Below are positions 1 through 11,829 of a stretch of 64,000 nucleotides of DNA, piece after piece. The stretch lies in NCBI RefSeq assembly GCF_964204645.1, contig NC_134025.1:19195101-19259100 (forward strand). Direction: 5' to 3'. The DNA comes from Tubulanus polymorphus (Eukaryota; Animalia; Nemertea). The notes beneath the pieces were generated by a model. That model did not search any database. It was given only the letters and a program-made list of their open reading frames with translations, and had not been told where the DNA came from. The stretch's first letter is position 1. Each line of letters starts with the position of its first letter. Position numbers and translations under genes: made by a program.

Positions 1-864
1 ATCTGATAATTCTTCGCTCACACTTAAACCACCACAGACCTGGATAAAACCTGACAAGCCGGAGCTCAGCCGAGCGTGTCTTTACCGAATCTTCTTGAAA
101 ACCTGGACCGAAGTGATTATGGATACTCAAAATGCAAGAAAAGGAACCGTTTTGACGGTTGTTTACTAATCCACACGTGTTCGCGACGTTACGATAAAAA
201 CATTACAATTTTTGAAGAGTTGAACGAAAACAAAACACCTGATTGAGCAAAAGCGCAAAAGCGCCACCCAATGTGTGTATAAATAATTAGGTGCTGACAA
301 AAAAATGGAGGATGTCAGCACGGCAACCCGCAACAGCTGATCAAGTTGAAAACCGTTGCCAACGGTTCCACGCGGAGTCGAAAAGCAAGAAAAACGTATC
401 TAAGGAGACCAATTAGGCATTTTGCCAACTCCCTGAACATGGTTATCTAAAAGAAAACTACAGATAAATAATAGGAAATATCGTGTCGGGCATTTTCACT
501 ACATAGTAAATAAACATGGCTTTGTCAAAGCTATCAAAAATATGCGGTTTGGAAATGATTTAGGCCTATGATAGCGCAAGCATTGCGGCCGTGCCCGCGT
601 AGTGAAACATGTCCGAGCAATGTACTCTCCCCATTAAACTTACCCAGATCACATGGTACACTCTGCTGATTTTCATAAAGAAGTAAACAAACTGGAACAA
701 AATGGCGGTTTCTCTTGCCGATTTAAAGTTCGATTGTCAAGAATATTCATCAATCCTTCAACTCGGTACCAAATGGATATAAAAACGATTATTTATCTGG
801 ACTGCACAACTTCACTGGTACGATTAAGACACAGGGGCTCGTATCAGAGTTGTAGGTAATGTAT

Positions 865-1839
865 CTAGGGGTCCAGTGACACCATGCCCACTTGGGAAGT
901 GGTTTCAAATGCTCAACAATCTAACAATTTCAATATTCATTGCCCCCTGGTGACCATATACAAAACCAATGACCTTGAAACTCACCACAATCATAGAATA
1001 TGTCAGCAGCTATGATTTTGTAATTGATTGTGATTGATAACAAAATATGCTTCGTTACCAAATTAATAAGGAAATACCAAGTTCTTCTACTATTCAACGC
1101 CCCCTGGTGACCATATAAAATAACTTATGTCCTTGAAACTCACCACAATCATAGACAATGTCATGAGCTACAACTTTGCAAACGATTGTGGTAACAAAAT
1201 ATGCGTAGGTACAAATATAATATAGAAATACTAAGTTATTGTATTATTCAACGCCCCCTGGTGACCAAATGCAAAACCCAATGACCTTGAAACTCACCAC
1301 AATCATAGAACATGTCACACTACAACTTTGCAATGGATCATGGTAACAAAATAGCCCTACGTACCAATCTAATAAGGAAATACTAAGTTATTCTACTATT
1401 CAACACCCCCTGGTGACCATATGCAAAACCCAATGACCTTGAAACTCACCACAATCATAGAAAATGTCATGAACTACAACTCGACCCAATTTTTCTTATG
1501 TTGATGGGCCCTTGGGAGGTACAAATATACACAAACAATCAAGGTTAACGATAAAAGGGTCTTCAAAATTTCCCTCGAAAACTTCGAAATTGTGTAAAAA
1601 GTGCTGATTTTGGCGAACAACAATGGCTGCCAGTCGGCCATCTTGAATCTGACAGGGCCAATTTTTTGCCTGAGGATGTGTCTAGGGTAGATACATATAT
1701 AAACCAAATATCAAGACATTACGTACCTTGAAGCGTCTTCAAAACTTCCCAAAATAACTGGATTCCGTAGACGGAATGACGACGGACGAAAAGTGAACGC
1801 AATAGCCCGCTGGGACTAAAGTCCCAAGTGGGCTAAAAA
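865..1839 (-). mobile_element. Non-autonomous Helentron/HINE-like repeat, copy 1
   Basis: Terminal hairpin gcccgctgggactaaagtcccaagtgggc next to an A/T run, GACG/GGAC microsatellite, ~155-bp internal tandem units (ccccctggtgacca at ~943, 1100, 1254, 1406), subterminal gcccactt/aagtgggc; homologous to 35625-36890 and 41507-42546. Confidence 0.65.
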
Positions 1840-2662
1840 CGATAATCTGTTAATCCAATGTATATAGTATATATAAAATAACAAGGGGGCTAACGACGCT
1901 CACAAACTACCCAACTTCAGTCGCTTACTATTTCGTTATTTCTCATCCGATTTTGATAATCCAGGCATGATATGAAAGCTAAGTGGTATAAGCCCATCCG
2001 CTTATAAAAAGCTTATCACCAACGATTAGGTAACTAACTAGGTTTTTGCAAACTTTCAATGTCATGACATTTCAGTGGAGGGTTAGAAACTTTGATAGAC
2101 ATCCAATATGGCGCCGTTGACGTCGCGAACGGCGAATTCAACATAGCAAAAGTAAGTTTTTTGGGTCAAAGGTTACTGATTTTGAATCCCTAGCCCTCGG
2201 CCTCCCTGATAATATCAATAATTATGCAGAAACACAAATTCTTGGAAGGGGGGTACGAAAGTGTACGAAAGTGCAATAGCGCCCGGTAAAAGCGCAGATC
2301 CGCACCTCTCGTAAATAGTTCAATCAATTAGGCCTACATTAAATATCACTGATTCAGACTCAAAATGTCATCAGCAATTCAGTACACTGGTTTATTTTAT
2401 AGTATCTTCACTAGAAAGTAGATTTTTAGCCTGGATTTTGTCTCGAGATCGTCACGATTTTTGAACCAGATGCCATATTGGATGGGACAATCTAAAGTGA
2501 AGATTTGTTTAGAATATTTGCTGAAACGATGTTTCATGACCCACTCATTTTGAGGAAGAAAAATATAACTTTCTTGTCAATTTCAACAATGATATCTGAC
2601 AATTTGGTTAGCATTTATAACCTTAGTGACAGTTGAAAAAAATGATTAGGCTAGTTTATGCA

Positions 2663-3436
2663 TAGTCTAGTAGGCCTACCTAGCCGCTCAAACAACGTCT
2701 AGGGCGAAAGTGCTCATATAAGGTTAATTTTCGTCCCTCATTTTGAGGGACGAGGCTTTGAGCGTCTATTTCACCCCTCAAAACACCATCAACTTACCTC
2801 AAACTGACTGTTCTGTAATCAGATGCAAGTTAACTATTGTTTGTGCATAAATTTGTAATCCTAAGTAACTTTTGACGATCGTAGTAGCTCAAAACTTTTG
2901 ACTAGTCGCCTCAAAAAATAGTTGAAGTGAAGCAACATAACAAATATGGCGGCTTTTCATGGTGCATGATGGGAGTGCAAATTACGGATTCGAACTTAAA
3001 CTTGGACTGACATTGATGCCAATGCAGATATTATTCTTGTTTCAAATTCTTAAGGTTGAAATTGACCAAAATTTAGGCTATGCGTTTTATCAACAAAAAA
3101 TAACATTTAGAGTAATTTTAGGGAGACATATTGAATTTTCACATTTTATTAATTTAGTCCGTATTGGAAATCCTGATAGTGGCAATCAATTCAATTCAAA
3201 TCAAATCAATAAATTCTCCGGTTCGCGATTTTAAATCATCAAAAATTTTTATCATAAAACACATTTTCAACGTCAACAAGGTAGGCCTAACTAATTAAAT
3301 TATTTTAGTACAAAGGTTTGATTTGACACTAAAATCAGTTGTTGCATTGCAATTAGCCTAACAGGAGTTAACCTCTATATGATACTTTAGCGTCAGACGT
3401 TGTACGGAACCGTAACAACGACTGGTATTCAGACTA
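2663..3436. mobile_element. Non-autonomous DNA transposon with short TAGTCT...AGACTA termini and 9-bp TSD
   Basis: GTTTATGCA on both flanks (2654-2662, 3437-3445); near-identical copies at 55239-55988 and 62619-63368 with a different 9-bp TSD. Superfamily uncertain (Mutator or AcademH possible). Confidence 0.8.
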
Positions 3437-5661
3437 GTTTATGCACTGATTACCCTTAGTCAGTAACCTGTCTGTGGTTTAGTTTCACGATCGGATATTT
3501 TCACTAACCACAGTCAGGAATGGGAAGGTCATTTTTGTATGAAATCTTCGTCAGCCAATTTGACTGACGAGTAATTTGCCTGGCATTTCATTGTCTCTTA
3601 AGATATCCGTCTGATTTTTGCTGTAATCGACGCACAACAGATTCGTAGTTTGTCTAATACCTATAACACCTCACCTGACGATCTTAATCCATGTGCAAAT
3701 CGGCCGTAAAGTGAGAGTAAATTTCCGTCGAGTCAACAGCTGCCATTTTGAAAATTACTGGAGGTGCTGGCACCTGTGGACTGAGGCCAGGACAACAGCA
3801 CAAACTAACAAAGCGAAAAGACGAAATTGAAAAATATTAAGAAATCAACACTTATTCACATTTTTCTTTCACCAGAATTTATTATTTAATTATTTATTAA
3901 GGAAAACACGAAGATTTGAAATATAGGCTGGAAAACCATCAAAAATAAAAATTGTCGTTTCGTCTTGAAAGTTTTATATAAATCCTTGTAGGTCCCCTTG
4001 TCTTATCATGCCACATGTGCAATACAGAGAAACGGCGGCCAATGGCGAAATTTGTGGAGAAATTGGATTATTTCGAAAGGTACCTGTGTTAGTTTGTGAA
4101 TTAAGCCATTAATTGTGGACTGAAGTGGATAGAAAGTATATTTTTGAAGTGTTACTTTTTTCAACCGTGTTTTGGCCCTTGTCATCCCTAACGTTGGTAT
4201 AAGCCCATCCGATTATAAAAAGCTTACCACCAACGATTCGGTAACTAACTATGATTACCCTCACATCGTTTCGGTAATTACGTGGGACAAATCTTTAGGC
4301 CTACTTTAGATTTCCCAATCCAATATGGCGTCCTATTGAAAGATCGTCACGATTTTGAGACAAAATCCGGGCCAAAAATCTGCTTTCTAGTAGAGATATC
4401 ATAAAATAAATCACTGCATTGGATTCTGTGAGACATTCTTAAGTTAGAACAGTGATTTGTATTTCAGTAGATTGCGTCAGTCACGAGAGGTGCGGATCTG
4501 CACTTTACCTAGCGCCCTTTTCCCTGATATCTGACCAGTAGAAAAATGAGATACGTCGGTAGGCTTACCAAAGATTAATAGAACCACGACTATTAGCAAA
4601 ACTGCTATTATTTTCTCAGAATTCTTCAAGAGCATTTTTACATTCTCCGGCGCACCGCAGCGTTTAGCAATTTAGTTGATGTTTGCCAGGCACTCGGGTT
4701 ATTGATAATGTAACGGTGGTGTTGAGTGGTTGTCCTGCAATAAATCCCACAAGAAATGTCCTTTAACTGATAAGTTTAAAAAATATTAGCCGCTGGCGCC
4801 ACACAGTGGCAATATCGGGGAGTCATTACAAACTGCAGTGTGCGCACGGGGCCGGCGGGGCCGGGGGCCACGGCACAGGGGGCCTCTTTGCTAAATTGAA
4901 AACCACACCATATCACTATACGAAACCACAATACATTGTAATATGAACTACGATATGCAAAATATTAGTTACAACTTTAGTTACAATTAGAAACAACAGA
5001 AGATACATTCTTGAAATCTGAAATTGTGGGTGTTCGTCATAAACTAGTGAAAATATTTTAAGACACTGATGCGTTGGTGTAAATTATGGTCTAGAATTTC
5101 CCCTAAATCAGCCCCAGTGTGTTGTGGAAAATATCAAGATCATTACGCATGCTGAGTGTTGAAATACAACATGTGATAGGAAGTCCTTAATCGAGTTCTA
5201 GTTTTATCTATTAATCGGATCGTTTTAGGTGGTTGCCAGGTGGCGCCTCCTTGTCATATTTTTGGCGGGTTATGAGTTGATAATCCGCCATTATAATGTG
5301 TATCTGAAGAAATAAAGTGTGTTGTATTTTCTCAGATGGTTACAAAATATTTATCATTATTTCTTCAGTGGTTGTAACTGTGGAGAGATCCGTCGTCGCC
5401 ACTGTCAAAGTCGTGTCACGTCCACGAGCCGCGCTGGTGTGAAATACAGAAATCGACTGTCGTTTCTGACCACCAGGTCTGCTTTCTGTTTCGGGAAATA
5501 AATCTGTTTGATACTGGAGTACTACTTAAACGTTTCAACTCGTTTAAATTTTAAAAATTCGTCTTAAATTTGGGTTTTGAATAAATTTTCACTCGTCTGT
5601 ACTTTGAACAACTCTTGTTATTTGAATGTGGCTACGTCGTCACTAATTCACTTTGGTTATT

Positions 5662-5929
5662 AGTAATAGGGGTAATGGGCTTTCATACCAAAGGTCGAAA
5701 GGTCGAGCTCATAAAAAATGAAAAATATGAAAATAATAACAATTTCTATTTGAATTAGTAGCGAAACTCATAAAAAATGAAAAATAATTCTCGCACACTC
5801 GAATTTATTTTTCATTTTTTATGAGTTTCGCTACTAATTCAAATAGAAATTATTATTATTTTCATATTTTCATTTTTTACTCACTAGCCCTTTCGACCTT
5901 TGATATGAAAGCCCATTACCCCTATTACT
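5662..5929. repeat. 268-bp fold-back made only of Polinton-type terminal sequence
   Basis: Starts AGTAATAGGGGTAATGGGCTTTCATA and ends TATGAAAGCCCATTACCCCTATTACT; ~129-bp arms around a 10-nt loop (5791-5800); resembles termini at 5983, 11753, 28579 and 43900. Confidence 0.8.
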
Positions 5930-6196
5930 CTTAAAATATTCTTATACGTGAATAAAATATAAATGAATAACATATACGTATAAGTAATTAGAAAAGTAGG
6001 CTTTCAAGCCAGAGTACGAGAGTACGAGCTCTTATAGAATAGATATATAGATATATTTCAAACATTATTTCAATATTTATATTTGTATGAGTTAGATTTT
6101 TAAACATTTAAAGTGTTAGTAAAGTGTGATTGAAATAATTCATATTTAAATCATTGAACTTCTAAAATCAATTTAAAAAAACAATTTAGTATTAAA

Positions 6197-9100
6197 ATGG
6201 AAGCAAATAAGTACTACTGTTCAACATGTAATGTCAATATAGATAAATCCCAAAAAGCAAGACACAATAAAACTAAAACACATTTAGAGAATAAATTGAA
6301 ATTAGAATATGAAGATGATATATTAGAAACTAAATTAGATGAATTAAAGAATGAAAAAGAAACATATAAATGTGATACATGTAATCAATCATTCAGTGAT
6401 AAAAGATATTATAAAGAACATTTAAAATCTCATAGTCATATTAGAAATAAGAATAATGATATTTTAGGTGAGGATTATTTTGATGAAGATAACGATAAGA
6501 AACATAAGACAATTAAAAGAATAAGAAATAAATTAAACAATAAAAGACCATACATGGAAGATGTAAGAAATTATATTAATTCGTTAGATAATAAAAAAAG
6601 ATATACAGATAACCGAAGCATTTAAAAGTGATATTGGTCCAGCTGCTATTAAGTTTAAATTTCATAAAGGAAAAACATTAGAAGAAAATAAAAAACATTT
6701 AGAAAATATGAAAAATATAAAAAATAATAACTGATGTTGAATATCCTAAAATTAGTATATCTTCTAAAGTAAAGTTTATAAAATCTGAAGATAAACCAAT
6801 ATATAATATAAATTCTCATTCACAACATGTTATATCTAAACAACATATAGATGATAAATTAGATAAATGTTATAATGAAGTAAAAACTAAAATAGAAGAG
6901 AAATATTTTGAAGGATCAGGTTTAATATTTGATGAAATAATAATCATGACTTTACATGTTTATAACACAAAATATAATAAGTTAACTAAATCAAAACCAA
7001 TTGATGAAAATAATGTATCATATTATAAAGAACCAGATATTGAAGCATCGAGTTATATTAAACTACCATTTAAAACTAATGCTGTAATAAATGTACAAAA
7101 TTTTGATTATAAATGTTTTCTATGGACAATTATAAGTTGCTTACATCCAACAGAAGATATTACACATAGTTTTAGAGTAACACATTATAAACAATTTGAT
7201 AATTATTATAAGATAGATAAGTATCCTGTTAGAATTAAAAATATCCCAAAAATAGAAAGAGATAATAATTTAAGAATAAATGTATTTGATTTAATCAAAT
7301 AGCCAGATACAAAAGGTAACAATATAAAACATTATACATTAGAACCTTTATACCTATCAAAAGATTATGATTTTAATGATGTTATAGATATATTATATTA
7401 TGAAAATCATTATATGTGGATTAAACAAATCGATTTATTTTTTAAATCAGAAAATGATCACCATAAAATATATCTATGTAGAAAATGTTTACATAGATTC
7501 AGTAATGAAAGTACATTATTAAATCATAAACAATTATGTGATAATCATGATTATTGTAAATTAGTTTTACCAAATGAAAAAGATAAAATATTAGAATTCA
7601 AAAAATATGATTACAAAAATAAAGTACCATTTGTAATATATGGAGATTTTGAATCATTAAATAAAGAATTAACTGATCAAGATAGAAAAGAAATATATTA
7701 TAAAAGAAAGAAATTAAATTCTAATGAAATTGATTTTTCAGATGAACCACCAAAAACAAATACTATTAAAAAGATTCATCAATCAGCTGCAGCTTTCGGG
7801 TTATATATTAAATCTGATTATCCAGAACTAATTGAAAGTGAATATTATGATTATAGAAATGAAAATGTTATCAATCATTTTTGTGACTTATTAATTGAAT
7901 ATGAAATAAAATTTAATGAAAAGTTAAATGAAAATATAGAAATTATAATGACAGAAGAAGATAAAGAAGCATTTGAGTTTGCAGATAAATGTTATTATTG
8001 TGAAAAGATATTTAATTATAAAGATAAAAAAGTAAGAGACCATGATCATTTGAATGGAAAGTTTAGAGGCGCTGCACATGAGAATTGTAACTTACAAGCT
8101 AAGAAAATTAACTTTGTACCAGTTATATTTCATAATCTATCAGGATATGATGCACATTTATTTATCAAACAGTTATGCCATAAAATAGAAGAAATTAATA
8201 ATGAAATAGAAAGATTAAATTCAAATAGATCAAAAGATAAAATACAAACTTATAAATTTAAAATGTTAGCTAGAACATCTGAGAATTATATATCATTCCA
8301 ATTTGGGTGTCTAAGATTTATAGATTCATATAGATTTTTAAATAGTTCATTAGATAATTTATCAAAATCATTAGTTGATGATGAATTAAGAATATTAAAG
8401 CAACATTACCCAAATAATGATGATTTTCAATTAATGAGATATAAAGGCGCAATTCCATATTCTTTCTATAAAAATCATAATGATTTTAACATAACTGAAT
8501 TATTGAAAGAACAATTCTATGATGAATTAAAAAATGAATATGTTAAAGATGAAGTCTATAATAGAACATTGAATATTTGTAATCATTTCAAAATAGAAAA
8601 TCATGGACAATTAGTAGATTTATATTTAAAATCAGATGTATTATTATTATCGGATATATTCGAAAGGTTTAGAGATGTAAACTTAAAATATTTCAATATT
8701 GATCCTTGTCATCGTTATTCTAGTCCAGGTTTAACATGGGATTGTGGATTAAAATTTACAGATATAAAACTGGATTTGTTAACAAATATAGATCAATTAT
8801 TATTATTTGAAAAGTCTATAAGAGGAGGAGTTTCAGGTGTATTAGGCGATAGATATTTCAATGTAAATGATAACCCTGGATATGAGTTATTATATATAGA
8901 TGCAAATAATTTGTATGGTTGGGCAATGATGGAACCACAACCTTATGGAGTATTTGAAATAAGTGAAGTTTAACAACATGAAAATAATGATAAATTTGAT
9001 CGGAAGAAAAGAATCCTAGATATTGCAGATGATTCAGATACTGGTTACTTTTTTGTTGTAGATTTAGAATATCCTGAACATATTAAATTTAAATCTAGAA

Positions 9101-10232
9101 ATCTAGCATACTGTCCAGAACATAAAACTGTAACTCATGAAGAACTATCAAATTATCAAAAAAGAATTAAACCCGAAAATAATATTCATGCAGAAAAGTT
9201 AATGGTAACTCAGGAAGATAAATATAATTATGTAGTACATTATAGAATGTTGAAGTTTTATTTGAATCAAGGAATGATCCTAAAAAAAGTACATAGATAT
9301 ATTTCATTTAGTCAATCTAAGTGGTTAGAAAAATATATAGACTTTAACACCAAACAGAGAACTGAAGCTAAAACTGATTTGAGAAAGATTTCTTCAAGTT
9401 AATGAACAATGCATTCTATGGTAAGACTTGTGAAAATATTAGAAATAGAAATGATATTGAGTTAGTTAGTAATGGTAAAAGGATAAGGCATTTACAAACA
9501 TATCCTAAATTTATTGGTAAAAGAATATTTGATGAAAATTTAGCTGCAGTTAAGATGAGAAGAACATCAATGAAATTTAATAAACCAATTTATGTTGGTG
9601 CTTCAGTTTTAGAAATATCAAAGCTATTGATGTATGAATTCTATTATAATGTATTACAACCTCATTTTGGAGAAAAGCATATAGAAATCTTATATTTTGA
9701 TACCGACAGTTACATATTAAAGATAAAAACTAATCACATAACAGATGATTTAAAAACATTAAAACATCATTTTGATTTCAGTAATTATCCTAAAAATCAT
9801 GAATTGTTTAGCAATGATAATAAAAAAGTTCCAGGGAAGTTTAAGGATGAATTAGGTGGTGAAGAAATGATTGAATTCATTGGTATTAGATCTAAAATGT
9901 ATTCATATAAAACTAAAGAACATGAAGCCAAAAAGTTAAAAGGAATAACCAAAAGTGTAGTAGAAAAGAATATTCATTTCAGAGATTACATCAATTATAT
10001 ATTCAATGAAGAAGTTAGAAAACATAAGATGAGATGTTTAAGATCTGAAGATCATGAAATGTTTATTGAAGAGATAGAGAAGATAAGGTTGAATCCATTT
10101 GATGATAAAAGATATATTCTGGATGATGGAATTCATACAGTTGCTTATGGTTGTAATTTAGATGAATACTTAAAATTTAAAAGAGAAGAAACAAAAGAGA
10201 ACGAGATTATGAACAGGATTCTAACGTGTTAA
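6197..10232 (+). pseudogene. polB: Protein-primed family B DNA polymerase, intein-free allele, disrupted
   Basis: N-terminal C2H2-like fingers, ExoI IYGDFES, EndoVII/HNH-like CYYC..VRDHDHLNGKFRGAAHENCN, ExoII FHNLSGYD, YIDANNLYG, MNNAFYGK, YFDTDS, RSKMYS; frameshifts near 6595, 6720 and 9380, stops ending at 7302 and 8973. Confidence 0.93.
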
Positions 10233-10262
10233 TCAGATTTTAATAAAAAATATGTATTATAA

Positions 10263-10614
10263 ATGGAGAGTAAACAAGCACACAGTGAGAACAACAAAGT
10301 ATTTCTAGATAGAATAAAAGATACTTCAAATGTCAAATCAGTAGATTATAAATTTAAGTTAAAAAAAATTAACAATCCATAAGAAATATCTAATTACAAA
10401 TATTGATACAGTTACTAACAAATATGGAGATAAATTAGTTATACACTTAGAATATGAAGGATTAAAAGGAAATACATATAAATTCAGAACATATTTACCA
10501 GATAGATTTCATAGATTACCAAGTGAAGATTTAGAAGAATTATGTTCAGGAGATTTCTATTTCATATACAAAGGTAAGAACGAAAAAGGGAACCATGAAA
10601 TAGATTTCGAATGA
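10263..10614 (+). pseudogene. Small conserved Polinton protein (paralog of 28168-28494), frameshifted
   Basis: Reads TNKYGDKLVIHL..FRTYLPDRF..YKGKNEKGNHEIDFE, the same pattern as KTKYGEKV..VFLPDKW..YHGKNEDGHHDLE. Confidence 0.65.
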
Positions 10615-10631
10615 GAAAATATGTAAAATAA

Positions 10632-11381
10632 ATGAATACAGAATATTTGTTGATTCTAGAAGACTTACAAATTATAAATCACATAATTTACTAGTACAAT
10701 TAGATAGAGAATTCAAGAATTGTGTTGATTTAAAATTAGTAAATATAAGTTTATGTAATTCTTTTTATAATATATCGGATAAAACTTTTGAACATAGAGG
10801 GTTTATGATTTATATGAGAAATAAAGATAAATGGTTTCATATATTTTTTTTTTAAACCAGGATTATATAATCTAGAATCATTAGCGCAGGAAATTAATAG
10901 AAGAGCCCGGTTGAAAATCGGGGGCACTTCTGTATTTGAAATTAAATTTAATAAAATTGATAGTACTAATAAAATGAGAATAAAGATATCTAATGAACAA
11001 CATAAATTTATGGTAAACAAACCACTGGCTAAAATGTTAGGAATTAAACCGCTTACAGTTACTGGAAACGCAGAAGGCATCTCAAATATAATACCTTTTA
11101 CACACTTTTATATTTATTGCAATTTAATCGATCCTACAAAAACTTTCGAAGCAACTAAAGAAACAATTTGTAGTTCTAGTATACTAAATATTTTACCGCT
11201 AGAAAAGGTTAAACAATTTGGAACTCAAATAAATTATAATTTAGCTGAATGTGATTTTAAACCTTGTATTCCTCAATTTAATAATTTTAAATTAGAAATA
11301 AGAAATCATAATGGATATTTAATTGATTTAAATAACTTTCCTGTAATTTATGAATTAGTTATAAGATGTAACATTATATAA
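10632..11381 (+). pseudogene. Minor capsid (penton-like) protein, frameshifted
   Basis: Near-identical in parts to 18268-19026 (EYRIFVDSR.., FTHFYIYCNLI, LIDLNNFPVIYELVIR). Confidence 0.7.
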
Positions 11382-11469
11382 TTGAATAATTATATCAATG
11401 AATATAACTGTTGGGCCGAGTATATGTTTTGGGTTTGATTTTAAACGTGAGAAAGAAATGAAATTTAAC

Positions 11470-11752
11470 ATTACTGATTTGCTTAAAGATATAGTAGCGT
11501 CGTACAATAAATCGTTTCATCGTAGTATAAAAATGGCTCCAAACGATGTCAACGAGTTAAACGCGTACAAAGTTTTCAAGAATCTATACGGTACAATCCG
11601 TAGTAAAAAACGCGTGAAATTTAAGTTTCGCGTTGGCGACACTGTGCGAATAAGCGAACTCAAAGGCCAATTTCAAAAAGGCTATTTACCCGGGTGGAGT
11701 ACCGAGTTGTTTACCGTTACGAAAAGAATTATGCGTGAGCCACCTGTATACA
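11470..11752 (+). pseudogene. Integrase fragment of the GC-rich Polinton, left of insertion B
   Basis: LKDIVASYNKSFHRSIKMAP..FRVGDTVRIS..FQKGYLPGWSTELF..PPVYK; continues in frame after the TSD at 28580-28585. Confidence 0.85.
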
Positions 11753-11829
11753 AGTAATTGTAAATGTGGGGTTTCATACCAGAGGACGAGACACCACTCA
11801 TCACCACAAGTAATTATTTTTCCTAATAA

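Larger units (their letters stand above)
5983..11469 (+). mobile_element. Polinton/Maverick copy A (AT-rich family), right end truncated
   Basis: Left terminus AGTAATTAGAAAAGTAGGCTTTCAAGCCAGAGTACGAGAGTACGAG, then pPolB, a small conserved ORF, minor capsid gene and the start of the 19043 homolog. Confidence 0.85.

Noticed and set aside
653-5501. Short ORFs at 653, 1474, 2959 and 5319
   Set aside because: No recognisable motifs; two lie inside non-coding repeats
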